DNA from: Dipteris shenzhenensis
Taxonomy: Eukaryota
Direction: 5' to 3' (one strand)
NCBI GenBank assembly: GCA_047967505.1
Contig: CM106538.1
Length of the DNA stretch: 64,000 bases
The stretch's first letter is position 1. Every line of letters begins with the position of its first letter. Positions 12,998-27,034 of the stretch are shown in pieces. Made by a program: the position numbers and the translations under genes. The notes under the pieces were generated by a model. That model saw only the letters and a list, made by a program, of their open reading frames with translations, did not search any database and had not been told where the DNA came from.

Positions 12998-15907
12998 ATA
13001 GAGGCCCCCGTATCAATTTCTAGATCTTCGAGTCACAATCTGTCAGTCCATGAAAACCTTTGTAGCCGGAGTACATACGTACGTATTTATTTCTGGAATG
13101 TGTATGGCCTAGCATATATTTATTTTCCGGATTTGATAAAAACCGGTTTTAGTACAGGTGAACAGAAGAATTCTTCTGATTTGGTCCTGAAGAAAATAAT
13201 TTGGAGGTCACCAAAAACTGCACTTTTTTTTCCAAATATAGTTATAAATTGTGTAAAAAACTCTAAACTTATGAAAATCTAACTCCAATCTTATCTTATA
13301 AGCTTTGAGGTTTTTCCTAAAAATACCAATATTTTCGGTGGACATGCCCAAAACGTAAGCACTTACGTGTTGAAGTGCCTACCACCATTGACCCCATATT
13401 TCTCTTGCTCATGCTTCATTTGTCATGTGGCCCAAAAAAATATTGATTGTATGAGTGCACCACTTTCTATTGGAATATATGTTTCTTAAAGGCATGCACT
13501 TGTAGCCTTAGGATTCCTATACAACATGAGAGATATCCTTGACGAGTTTTGTGGAGGGCCTGTAGATTAGGCGTCTAAGAGCAAGTCCCGATGGAGTGGA
13601 AGTTCAATGCACATCAAAACATTTTCACCATGGTAAAATCTCCAAGTGGGGCTTTGAGACAGAAATTACCTTGAGAATTTATTTGTGCTCTTGTTGCTTC
13701 AACTATAAATATTCTAGCTTGTGCATCCAAGGGGTGGGTTGAGGCACCCTTGGCCGTGGGAATAGAAAAACAAGGGCTCCCACTCAAACCGTCTACTGGA
13801 CATTCAAACTTAAGCTAAGGAGAATTTCTACTCCATGCTCGGGTAGTTCACTAAGTCATATGTAAGATAGCAAATGATTTTATTTTCTTGTTGCAAAAAA
13901 TACATATAGATAAGGGAATAAGGCTTTCATTAACCCTTTTGTTGAACAAAAAAGATATATTGTACATAGTGAATGCCTTGGGACTCCATGGGGAGCTTCT
14001 CTAAGGGATCCCGTTATATTAAACACATAATTTTTGTTTTGTGTTGCATTGCTTAATTTCTTCTCCATAGCAAGAGCTATAGTGGTGAGAACCTTATATA
14101 TCATGTGGATTTATGGATAATTATTAAAAACCCTTATTTATAGATTAGAAGGCTTTAAAATAGCCACTTGTACTATTCCAACTAATGATTTATTTTATTT
14201 TTTCCCAATACCTTAATGAAAAAACCCCCTTGTGTAAGTGAATAACAACCCTATGGATTGCAATTATAAAACCCCTTCTTTTGAACCCACGTGCTATATT
14301 TACATATGATGATCCCTGACCCCTCTTAGATAAAGCCGCGTAACATATTCGACAAGAATTATGCTACTTGATCTCATTGTTTTAACTTTGTCTCTGCTAC
14401 AAAACACATATGAAACGTCTCTCCTTAAATTATTTCATTATGCTCCATGAAGCCAAGTAGTAGAGCCACCCACTTGGTTGTTGTCTTTAAAACAAATAAC
14501 ACTCTCTCTTAGGTGCCAACATAGTGGTAGTAATTTTATGGATTTGAGAGGTTATAGTGCCATGTGCATGAATTTTTGGATGAAAACTAGTAGGAAAACT
14601 AGGACTAGCATTCCTTATTCCAGGGTTGCACATGTTGTAAAGGAAATGTATGAACACAATTTCTCTTAGGTGCTAGCATAGTGGTAGTAATTTTATGGAT
14701 TTGAGAGGTTATAATGCCATGTGCATGAATTTTTAGATGAAAACTAGTAGGAAAACTAGGACTAGCATTCCTTATTCTAGGGTTGCACATGTTGTAAAGG
14801 AAATGTACGAACACAATTTAGTATACAATGTCATTTAAAGTGCTCCGTGGAGCTTTTGTATAAAATCTCTTGAATAACCCATAGAAAGAGACATAATGAC
14901 ATACAAAGCCCCCATGTACATTTGGTTGCACACATTATCATATAGGATTAGGTACAAAGGATTAAGTAATCACAAATGGAGTCCCTTGACATAGATTTTA
15001 TTTGTATCACTATCAAACCATTGATTGGCCATGAATGTAACATTCAATTCTCGATTCTACTAAGAGAGTCATTTGAATCTCATGGATTGAGAAAATAATA
15101 CTATTCTTTGTCCTCCTTTTTAGTGAGTTGATGTGTACATCATTGTGTATCTAGACAAGATCCAAGAAACAAGAGTATTATAAAGGGGTCGGCTTCTTCT
15201 CATCTCATGAAAGGAAAGAAAGCATTTACGTGTCAACTGCCAAATTAAAAAAAAGGCCAGATAGGTAAAGTCAATAAAGCACTCATACCCACACAATTGG
15301 AAATAAAGCATCACTATATGATGATGATGGATCTTTCTTCGTGTGGTCCTACAATGATGTAATCAATGATGCAATCCTTTCATATGGTTTGTTTCAAAAT
15401 TCGCACCCTCTCTCATCCATGAGTTTGCAAAAAACTTGGTAAACTTCAAGAACTCCTCCATCAATCAAAGCAACATCTTTTCCTCACACAAATAGTCACA
15501 CCAAGTAATTCATAAGCGAGATGCTCAAATATGATAGATATTGCTAAAAAGTATGATGGTAAAAGATTATTGATAAGTTCTCCATCTCAATGATATATTT
15601 AACCTATAACCACATACAAAAGGGAAAAAAAGAAAGGACACATGGTAGGTTAAAGGCCAAGAGCATGCCAGGTGTCGAAAATTCAAGTTTTCTCCACAAG
15701 AATTCAAGAGAATTGGAAACAGATTACCCCTCCTTCCTCTTTCACTATTAGTTCACGCAAAAAGCTAAAAAGGGCACTAGTGGCGAGCTATGGCCATGGC
15801 AAAAGTGAGCTCTCAATTTCTCTCATGGAGAGTTCGAGCTCTCTAGCTATGCCTATGGTGAGCAGCCATCCAAGCTCTCCCCCTCCTCCCTCCCTTCCTC
15901 CCTCCCT

Positions 15908-15974
<67 letters not shown>

Positions 15975-18559
15975 GGGTTGTTTACTAGTCTTCAGTTGAC
16001 GTTGGCGTTTTTCCTTTTATAGGATTCAATAGCCTTTTCCATATCATATGGAAGTAAATAAATACAATTTCCCAAATCAATTGAGAAGTATTAACTTAAA
16101 GCCACATGCGGTTGAGAAGTTTGATTTGGAATATGACAATAGACTACTGTTGCCACTAATAGTTGCAATTCTTTTTTCATAGGATAGTTTCAATTTCATG
16201 CTTCCTTGTAAATGGAAGTTATCAAGTGACCCTTCCTACTCTAGAGTGAATTAAAAAAAAAATTGAACCACATTTCCTCTTCGTAGCCCCTAATGTCTCT
16301 CACTTAGTTCCTCCATTGGTTTGCTTATAATACTTCCAATATTTTTCAATAGTGAAATTCTATTGATTTCTTAGGTGAAAATGTAGGATACCCCAATTAA
16401 GCTACTGTTATTAAGGTAGCTTCAAAACTTCATGCAAAGGGAGGAATTGAACTCAAGCCATCCACTTTACACTCTAAAGGTCCTATCCCTAGGCTAAATG
16501 AAGATGTTCTATAGTAAAGTATAGGTATGATAGTAAGACAAGGACCCCTCCCCTAATAAATAGAGGGACTTCCTTATTAATCATTCTCTTCTTTTCCCTT
16601 TCCTTCTCTTTCCACCCTCCCCTCCTCATTTCTCTACTAATTAATAGATTTTTAAATTCTTTTCAATTTTGGGAACCTATTCTCCTTTCGATTAACTATT
16701 GTAAAAGATCAATTTAGGCAAGAAAATTTTATTGAAAAGAACCTTTATGAATTTTTGAATAAAGTTTCTAACTATCATGGAATCTATACTCAAAATTCCT
16801 ATAATGGGCTAGGTCCAACACCATATCATAAACCATAGAAGGAAACATGATCATTTTTTATTATCCTTGTGTAACAACATCAACTCCAAGGAGGTTGCAC
16901 GCATAAATTAGTAAGTTTGCTATGGTATGTTGTCAAAAGTATCAGTATTTCAATCTAGTAATGGGCAAGTGGGAATAGGGGTCTCAAGGGAATTGGGAGT
17001 ATATGTAGGATAGTAGGTATATTCATAAAAATGGGTATTTTATTTGGAAAACTTGCACTATTTTTACATAATTATACTTATAATGCAAATTCAACTTTTA
17101 ATTATAGAAAAATCATTACTAAAAATTTGGACTAAAAAAGGGGCCCTATAAGAGAGCCCTTGGGTTGGTGGTATGGAAGGATAAGGTTTATAAAACTAAG
17201 TATAATATTGGCTAGTGGAAGGCAATAGAATATTGGAAAAGGCCCGACTTTCCTATTTATTTATTCAAATGGACCAAGATTTGATGTAGAGCTCCCATTG
17301 CTACCACACTATCCCATCACGTTTTTGAAGTGTAACCAAAGAGGAAGACCTAGTTTCTCAACCAAACTTGCACCTTTTTTCATGAAACTAAATCCTCCCA
17401 TCCAACTACCACACTCCTCTCATTCTCTCTCATTCCTCTTCCCTCTCCCTAATTTCTGAGCTCTATTTCGAATTTCTCTTACTCCAACCCTATTTTCAAA
17501 CCTGCTCCTTTCTTTTGAGCGGGAAGCTTCTCTCTCTGTTCTCCCTATCATGCGATGGAATCTCATGCCAAAATCTTATCATTTGCCTTCTTCACTTGCA
17601 TTTCCCTCCCATTTCACTGTCATTCTTTTAAAACTTTCAAGATTTTTGAACGAGAATCACTTTGCCTTCTTCTTGCTCTATCTTGGGCACTTTTCATTCA
17701 AATCCCATCACTTCTTATTTGATCTCATGTTCTGTTGCGATCTCAAATAATTTTTGTGTAGAAACTCAAGGCAATCAATGTTTTGGACAAACCATGAATG
17801 ATGCAAGGTGTTTCGAGCTTAGAAGGATCTACTGGACGAGATTCTCTAAGAAAGGTTGGAAGAAGATTGATTTTCAGGAATTACACTTGGCTATGCATGA
17901 AAATCAATCTGTCTTTTGTCCATATCTCAACGCCCATCTATAAGGGGACATGATTTCAAAGAGCTTGTAAAGTTTTGGGATTTATCCAAGCAGCTTTCAT
18001 GAAGGTGCATGCAAGACAATGGAAATGATGCAACTTTGAAGAAACAATTAGTTTGTACTTTGTTTTGTGTAGTGTTTTTTATTTTACTACATTGTTTGAG
18101 AATGTTGAAAGATTTGTGTGTTTTGAAAGAAATTTCATGAAAAGTGAGCTTATCGAGGCTTTCTTACAAGAAAGAGTACTTAGTCACTAAACTCTTACTA
18201 CATATAATTTTCTCCAAAAGATTGTTTGAGATAGATTTCGAGATGTTTAGAAGAGTATAATTTGTTTTGGAGCAAAAGATTGTTTGAAATAGATTTCCAA
18301 TGTGGGAGAATATAATTTGTTTTGGAGCAAGATCCATCGACTTCAACCTCCTAGAATACAAGAGGGACCACTGAGAATCAAGTACTATTCATTCGAAGGT
18401 TTTTTATTTATTTTACATTTGATAGTTTAACAATGTTTGTAGTATTTAGATGTGATTTGTGTTTGTAGTTATTTATGATTTATGATGTCAAGTGTGCCTC
18501 TAAATTTGAATTCAAGTCAATTTATTTTTGTGTGATATCTTTGTCTGTGATATTAGTTT

Positions 18560-19170
18560 TGTTTTCTATCACTTTACAATCACAACAACACAACATCTGT
18601 AGACGTGCTCGATAGACATGAAAAATAGTGGGTGCATATATAAGCGCTGATAGAGTTAATGAAATTACGGGTGCATCTATTTTCATGGTTACAAAATCTT
18701 TTAAAATTTTGGTTATACATGTGTTAAATAGCATGACTACACTATGTAATAGATGCGTTTTTAAATGTGCAACAACGTTTAAAATTTTACTATAGGCTAA
18801 TAAATGTGCATCATGGCTTGTCAAACATTGCCCATGATTACCAAACACAACAAGACAAAGCACCTACAGACGTGCACACAGACGTGTTTACTCAACTAAA
18901 AAAAAGCTTACGGGCACATCTATTTGCATGTCTATTTGTGCGTCTAGAGACCCGTGTCTAAAGGCACGTCTATATAGCAGACAGATGCACCTATAGATGT
19001 GCATATAGATGCATAAATAGATGCTCTGCTAGAAAATTTAAAAAACAGACAGACGCATCCTTAAACGCGTTTATAGATGCATTTATAGACACATTTATAG
19101 ATGTGCAAATAGACATCCCTCGAACAGACAGATGTGTATATAGACGCGTTTATAGCCTGTCTGATAGATG
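18560..19170. repeat. Cluster of short TAGAC/GTCTA-type direct and inverted motifs, probably a subterminal region of a DNA transposon (CACTA-like)
   Basis: Many copies of (TA)TAGACG/CGTCTA(TA) in both orientations; no clean terminal inverted repeat found. Confidence 0.35.
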
Positions 19171-20994
19171 CACTACATAATATTTTTAAAATTTTGTGTG
19201 CTTGAATAGAATGCTGTGTATGTTGTGTATGCTATGTAGTTACAGGAATCCCATTTCCACATTGTGTAATTCAATTCTTACAGCCAAGCACATTTTAATT
19301 AGCACTTTTGCAAGCACGTCTATAGCCGATAATTACAATTCCAAATAAAACATTACAACTCCAAAACATTTAGTTCACAAGGCATTAATTGATAGAACGT
19401 TGCACAAGAAAATTGAAAGCCAAAAAAATACAAAGAGTGTATATAAATTCATAGCTCAAAAAGTGCTTGTATGTCCATATAGCACAAAGCTAAGCCACGT
19501 CCTGTGGCTTCAAGTACCAAAAATAAGAGGAATGTATATACAAGAGGCACGAAGCCAAGCCAGTGGCTTTAAGTACAAAAAAGAGTAGCTAGCACTACTT
19601 CTACGACTAATCTAAGTTCTCCACATCCTCGCTCCCTTCTACGCTCCCTTTTGCACTCCCTTCTCCGCCTCCTTCTTCCTCGTCTTCAGGAAGTAGCAAG
19701 CTAAGGGTGTCCACTTTTTGTTCACTCCCCAATCCTTAGGAGGTGGAAAAACAAGCTTTTTAGCACACAAAAATGCAAATCTCACCTACTTCCCTATGGA
19801 TCTAGTCTTTGAAGTCTTCAGACACAACATCACACATGCTATTATGCACACAATCATATAGTCTGATCAAAAATTTGATGCACACACAAAAAATTTCTTT
19901 GTGTCACACGGCATGGTTCCAGGGTGGTCACACCTTTGTCACGAATAGAGTGTCATATTAAATTCTAAATTTCTCACTCATTTTAGATTAAATGTTATTG
20001 AAACTTTGTAGGTGGTCTCTTTACATTATGTAGAGCTTAACTTGATTTATTGGTAATTTTTTGAATGACTTATCTAATTATAAATAACTATTTATAATAA
20101 ATAAAGTCATAAAATACATGCATTTTAGTAGCACACCACATTTTTTAAGTATTTTGAATAATTAAGCAAATCCAATTTGGTGGAAGGTTAGTAGGCACAT
20201 AAGGGTGTGTGGTTGAATCATCAAATCCCAAATCCAACGGTTAGATTTAGGAAGATTGAAGTTTAATTTTTACTTTTACTCCTTAGAGGATCAACAAAGA
20301 ATATAAAAAATAAATCAAGTAATTCTCAAACATGACCAAACATTTCAAAAATGTCAGTATTTTTAGTCCTCCGCATGATGAATAAGTGGAAAAAATTTTG
20401 GTTAAATTTGAGTAAGGGAAACATACGATATGGCCTCCAAGAGTGAAATCTCCCTTTTGTGGGGGAAAAAGGGCCACCCAAGCCTAATACCAAGACAAGG
20501 TAGGGTTGGTATTAGGCTTGGTGAGGTAGGCTAGGAGCATTACTGACCCTAGTGGCAAGCCTTTGGAGTGTGCATGCTGCCCATGCGGAAGGCTGAGTCA
20601 TCTATTTTTGCCTTGCAACCATGCCACGTTGTTAGACCGCGTGGTGCCATGTCATCAAGGAGATGTGACATCACTCCTTGCCATGTCACCTTACATTGCC
20701 ACACGTGTTGCCACATCAGCCACATGTGCCACCTCATCATTCCACATCATAGGAACTCTTGGAGCCATGTCATCACACCTTGCCACCTTGGCATATCTCG
20801 TCAAGTTTGCCACGTCACCAATCCCTCCACCTCAATTTGCCATGTCAATCTACCACCTCATGAATGCCAACTCATCATGCCACATCACATTTCCATGTCA
20901 TGGAAGAGACTCATATATTCCACACCATATTGCCACATCATGACCATGCATGGTGCCACATCAGCCACATGTATACACATCACGATGTGCGCAA

Positions 20995-21225
20995 GGCATA
21001 GAATACCTCGATCGAGGTTTATGACTACAATGTGAGGCATAGAATACCTCGATCAAGGTTTATGACCTGCGTGAGGCATAGAATACCTCGATCGAGGTAT
21101 ATGACCGTGGGGTATGTACTTCGATCGAGGTTTATGACCTGCGTGAGGCATTGAATACCTCGATCAAGGTATATGACCTAGCATAGCATACCTCGATCAA
21201 GGTTTATGACCACGATCGAGGTATT
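20995..21225. repeat. Array of ~7 copies of a ~35-40-bp unit with palindromic core ATACCTCGATCGAGGTAT
   Basis: Perfect 18-bp palindrome at 21083-21100; variant cores near 21003, 21043, 21116, 21155, 21189 and 21214. Confidence 0.85.
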
Positions 21226-21469
21226 TGGAGGTACAAAACTAGAATAAAATCAAATGATGCAAATATTCGAAATTAACGTTGGATTCCAGCCAATTAGTTT
21301 CAATCTTAGCACCTTCTCCACCAATAATAATCAAGAGCAATCTAAGAGCAATCTAGTGGATGAGTTGAGGCTCTCTATAAGACACCACGTTTTGGTTCAT
21401 TTCACCCATTCTTAGCCATTCTTGCCTCCTCATCACTTTGTCACACCTTCCATCCTACTTTCATTGAGA

Positions 21470-24370
21470 ATGGGTTCTCAAAGCCATAGAGCTAGTAGAC
21501 GTGAAAGATCTAGGAAACCCCCCCCAAATCTCATTGACGAGGAGCGCAAGCGGAAGGCTCGTGAGTGCAAGAGAGCCTCTAGAGCTAGAGCTCGCGCTGC
21601 CACCACCGATCCACCTCCACCTCTACATCCCATCTCCACCTCCACATCCACTCCCACCCCCACCCCCACCTCCATTGTCCCCCCATCCTCATCTGCTCCC
21701 CTACCTCCAGCCTCTGCCCTACCCCTAGCCACCTACATTTTGGCCTCCACCTCTACCTCTTCCCCCTCCACCCTCCCCCCTCCTCCTCCCCCTCCCCCCA
21801 TATCCCTTGGCGCCTCCTTCCCCCTCCACCCTACCATCTCCCATTGATCCCCTTGCCCCACCTTGCAGCAGTAGTGTTGCTTCATGACGTGACTTACCGA
21901 AGTCCACTATCCGTCGTCGTACTAGCAAGATTGTGCAGTCTTTTTTTAGTGACCTCATGCCAGCTTCGCAGTTTGCTCTTCTCACGTCCTTGATTGATCA
22001 CCCTGACTTGGTAGAGTGTAGGAGGCTTGCTGGTCTTGGTGCACGTAGAGATAGGGTTGTATGTAGCAAGGTCCTTAGCAGTGTTCGACGTTCCTATGCT
22101 TCTATTAAGCATAGGAACTCCAGTGATGCCTTGGCAGCACGTCGTGCTATTGTGGCTGCCATTAGTAGACCTCATATGATAGGCCATGTGCATACCGCTT
22201 CACATCTTCTTCAGATTGCACCGCGCACATTGTGAACAGGCATGATTAGGAGGTAGAGTCTAGAGGATAGTGAGGCTGATGCTCTTTGGGCTTGGAGTGG
22301 TCATGCACCTCACAACGATTGATTGTTGGATGATTCCACTAGGTCCTTCATACAACAGTTTTGGGAGGAGCATTGCAGAGCATCCCCAGTGTTCAAGAAG
22401 GCATTGCAGAAGAGGGTGTCATGCGGTGTGTACATTGAGCATGGTGCATGTTTTTTGGAGTGTACCCAGACTGAGTTGTACACTCAGTTTTGTAGAGGCG
22501 CACATGGAGTTCAGGATTGGGCAGAGGTCATTTGAGCGATGCAAGCCATGGTTTGTGCGATGCTCTCAGGAGCATGACACATGCCGTTGTCGCTACCATG
22601 TGGATTTTGGATTGATGTATGACGTATTCCGTTCCCTTGATGGTCATAGGGGAGTGGTTCCTACTGGCCCTCACGACTTCATTCATTCCATATTGTGTAC
22701 ACGAGATGGTGATGCTTTATTCCACTCCCTTGATTGTGTGGAAGGCAGGTGTACTTTGTGTGGTGACTTTGCTAGAGTGCCATGAGTTGCACTAGATACT
22801 TGTGATGTGCAGATGGTTCATTGGCAGCAGTATGAGTACAGTACCTTGACATTAGATGGTGGTGTACAGTCGAGGAGGTTGCAGCTTGTGGGGAAGGAGA
22901 CACCACGTGTTGTATTCATTGATAGTTTTCGAGGGAAGCTGTACTGCTACATACGCCACTCGCACACTGCGAAATGGGAGGATCGTCAGTTCCGTGCATG
23001 TTTGAGGACATTTCCTACAGGGGTGGTTGTCTCAGTGGTGGACTTTGTGGAGAATTATACCTTTGCACCATAGCATGAGATCCAATCGGAGTATTATTTC
23101 TCCGAATAGGTGACGTGTGATTGACTTATGGGTTTTTTTATGGCCTCATTATATTGAATTATTTCAATAGTCATATTTTCTTCAATGCCATATTGCAGGT
23201 TGCTATATATGTGCACATTAGCTATCATCATGCACAGGCTCATGTGGATGGCATTGATAGCACCATGGACTCACGCGTCATTGTGCATGAGTATCACTTG
23301 ATGATCGATCGCATGATGCCCATTTTGTGCAGCATTGCTTCACTTTGCATGATAGTTTGTTAGGGATCATGGTGTCACATGGCAGCGGCGCTGGATCTGG
23401 TCAGACGGCTATGGTGGTTAGTTCAAATCTGCTAGACAGCTTTATTGGTTCTGCAGATGGCACCGTGAGATAGGCATTCCGATCACATGGAGCTACTTCG
23501 AGACAGGGCACGGTAAGGGAGAGCACGATGGTGCAGGTGCTTGCATGAAGCCTGCTTTGCGTCGATACCAGTTGCATCACAGTGCCGATCGCTTCAAGGA
23601 TGCACATGATGTGGTGCAACCACACTAGTGCTATCTCCTCGTTTCAGTCACGTGACGATAGGGTGGTGAGCCGGTATTTTTGGTGCATGGACATTGGGAG
23701 TCTTGATCGGTCTAGGCCTTTTGATTGTCGTTCAGTGTCTGGCACTCTTGATTTCCATTCCATCAAGAGCATAGGTGAGTCTCACCTTGCGATCTTTTCT
23801 CAACGGTTTGCATGTTTTTGCTCGACATGCATTGATGAGGATTGGGGAGGGTGCTCCATGATACCATGGGCCGATCCATGGGTACGGCGAGTGCTTTCTC
23901 CCTTCCAGCCTTGGGAGGAGGTACATGATGATCAGGATGCAGGATTCAGTTCCTCTAGAGATTATGACCAGCTTATAGATATGTTGCGTATTGGTGATAT
24001 CTTCGCGGTTATTGCTTCGGAGGGCAATGAGGAGGGTGTGGATTATTACTTGTTGTGATGCTCTATGATGAAGAGTGTGCTGAATGAGGATAGAGTGGAT
24101 GGGCATGGGATGCACTTCAATGCTCATAGCATGATTGTAGGTGGCCACTATTTTCAGCAGATACAGAGGCATGGTCGCTATATTGAGTTCCAGGAGTACA
24201 TGGTGGATCAGGAGGCATACACGTATTCTCATCTTGTTGTTATGATCAAGATTACTTTGAGTCGTGTTCACACTCGCAAGGCAACATCCACTCCACGATG
24301 GAGCCTTGCAGTGGCAGATCACGAGAGCATACTTGCAACTATTGGCATGAGAGCTGATCCTGAGGAGTAG
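21470..24370 (+). pseudogene. Degenerate DD(D/E) transposase, Sola2-like, with one intron (23110-23198)
   Basis: Stitched frames give a basic/Pro-rich N-terminus, then FERCKPWFV..DTCRCRYH, DCVEGRCTLCG, VVSVVDFVENYTF..EIQSEYY, (S)DDRSHDAHFVQHCF, WIWSDG.G.FKS, WSYFETGHGKGEHDGAGAC and RFACFCSTC. Several stops are TAG/TGA consistent with C-to-T decay. The intron is GT...TTGCAG and preserves frame. Confidence 0.75.
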
Positions 24371-24569
24371 CACATTACATATCATATTTTTTGGGATCAT
24401 CAGTTGATCAAATTGATTTTTATTGGGTATGAAAAATCAATTGGGCATGAAAAATCAATTTGATCATCAATTGATCAAATTGATTTTTATTGGGCATGAG
24501 AGCTGATCTTGAGGAGTAGCACATTACATATCATATTTTTTGGGATCATCAGTTGATCAAATTGATTTT

Positions 24570-25760
24570 TACTAGTGATTGCGTATGAAAAATCGCACAC
24601 GTACTAACCAAATACGCATGTGGACTTATCTCTTGGGGATTAAACTTTGCACGGCTCTTAGGCTACCCTAGACGTACATCCATGCAAGATTTGGTCTCCA
24701 ACTGATTTGGTATGCGCCATGTGAAAGATTTTTACAAATCCCTACTAGCATGACTAAACCCTAAACCCTAAACCCTAAACCCTAAAAAACCCTGAACCCT
24801 AAATTCTAAGCCCTAAACTTTAAACCCTAAACCCTGTTGGGGATGAAACTTCGCACGGTTCTTAGGCTACCTAGACGTACATCCACACAAGATTTGGTCT
24901 CCAACTGATTTGGTATGTGCCATGTGGAAGGTATAATGCGTACACTTTTGCAAGCACTCCCTACTAGTGATTGCGTACGAAAAATGGCACACATACTAAC
25001 CAAATACGCATGTGGACTTATCTGTTGGGGATTAAACTTTGCACGGCTCTTAGGCTACCCTAGATGTACATCCATGCAAGATTTGGTCTCCAATTGATTT
25101 GGTATGCACCACGTGAAAGATTTTTACAAATCCCTACTAGCATGACTAAACCCTAAACCCTAAACCCTAAAAAACCGTGAACCCTAAACCCTAAGCCCTA
25201 AACTTTAAACCCTAAACCCTATTGGGGATGAAACTTCGCACGGTTCTTAGGCTACCCTAGACGTACATCCATGCAAGCTTTGGTCTCCAACTGATTTGGT
25301 ATGCACCACGTGGAAGGTATAATGCATACATTTTTACAATTTCTACTAGCACGACTAAACCCTAAACCCTAAACCCTATTGGGGATGAAACTTCGCATGG
25401 CTCTTAGGCTACCCTAGACATACATCCACGCAAGATTTGGTCTCCAACTGATTTGGTATGTGCCACGTGGAAGGTATAATGCGTACATTTTTGCAAGCAG
25501 TCCTTACTAGTGATTGTGTATGAAAAATGGCGCACGTACTAACCAAATACGCATGTGGACTTATTTGTTGGGGATTAAAATTTGCACGGCTCTTAGGCTA
25601 CCCTAAACGTACATCCATGCAAGATTTGGTCTCCAATTGATTTGGTATGCGCCACGTGGAAGGTATAATGCATACATCCATGCAAGATTTGGTCTCCAAC
25701 TGATTTCGTCTGTGCCACGTGGAAGGTAAAATCCCTACTAGTGACTACGTATGAAAAATG
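24570..25760 (+). repeat. Composite tandem array (~390-bp period) containing plant telomeric (CCCTAAA)n tracts
   Basis: CTAGTGATTG recurs at ~24572, ~24964 and ~25507; sub-unit CTTAGGCTACCCTAGACGTACATCCATGCAAGATTTGGTCTCCAACTGATTTGG occurs 6-7 times; telomeric tracts at 24754-24835, 25146-25220 and 25355-25378. Confidence 0.9.
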
Positions 25761-25834
25761 GCAAGCATTGATATATACGAAATTCAATATGATATTCAAA
25801 ATGATAAAGTTCATAGCACGAGAGAGCTCTAGAA

Positions 25835-25924
<90 letters not shown>

Positions 25925-27034
25925 TATACTTGAACACGTTTTCAATGCTTAATGTTTACAATTATGACACACGGCATTATTTTTAAAATACCTTATGTAT
26001 TAGATGTGTGAATTGAGATATCTGAAATTCAATATCATACTCTTAATTTTAAATACGCACATGGGGATGAAACTTCGCACGGCTCTTAGGTTTAGTGTAA
26101 TAATTGCAAGCATTGATATATACGAAATTCAATATGATATTCAGAATGATAACGTTCATAGCACGAGAAAGAGAGAGAGACCTTATACTTGAACACTTTT
26201 TCAATGCCTAATGTTTACAATTACTTCACATGGCATTCTTTTTAAAATACCTTATGTATTAGATGTGTGAATTGAGATATTTGAAATTCAAAATCATACT
26301 CCTAATTTTAAATGTTTATGTTAGATTTGAACAAACTATAAACTGAGATAAATAAAGTAAGAAGAACATCATGAAAGTACGAAAATGCTCATACATCATA
26401 AAAGTAAGAACAATATCATGAAAGTACCAAAATGAATGTGTACATCATCATCATCATCGTGCAGAAGTGCATCCCTAAACAAGAAATGTGTGAAGCCTAA
26501 ACAATCATCCTGAATCAAAATCTAATAACTCCACATATGATCCTCTAGTCATCCTCTGACGTGGCTCCTGTATGACCCACTGCCCAACCGTCCGCTGTGT
26601 GCCCTCAGGCAAAGCCGGATTAGATGGGCCAGCCTCATCTCCTGCATGAGATGGGCCAGCCTCATCCTGATGAAGAGGAGGGCATGCTGCATGAGCCACC
26701 GCTGTCATCTCTGCCTCCCTTGCCTCCTCTATGTATGCGTGTCTCAGCTCCCAAAGTCGTGCATCTGCGAATACTCGTGCCTCAAATCCAGCATGAGTAA
26801 TCGTCTCTACATGTAGAAGACGTCCGACCAAGCTGCTGCTCCACCCACTACTACAATGATGTCTGAAGCTCTACCTCTCGCTCAATACAGCGTGCCTCCT
26901 CTACTTGTGCCTCGTCACTTGGCATGAAATCACCATATGAGAAGTGTCGTGGAACACACGCTGCAACCACTGACGTATCAGCACCCTCCTGCTGCAGCAA
27001 ATCTCTCTGTGCCTCCTCCCTGTTATCTACTGGT

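Noticed and set aside
13350-18400. Scattered coding-like stretches upstream of OPR copy 1 (also 4700-5400 and 9000-10550)
   Set aside because: No recognisable motif series could be stitched; probably old TE debris but not supportable without a search.
20995-21225. CRISPR-like appearance of regularly spaced palindromic repeats
   Set aside because: The intervening sequences are short and near-identical rather than unique spacers, there are no cas genes, and the context is eukaryotic.
24754-25378. True chromosome end or telomere-fusion site
   Set aside because: Tracts are short, degenerate, all in one orientation and embedded as parts of a larger repeated unit.
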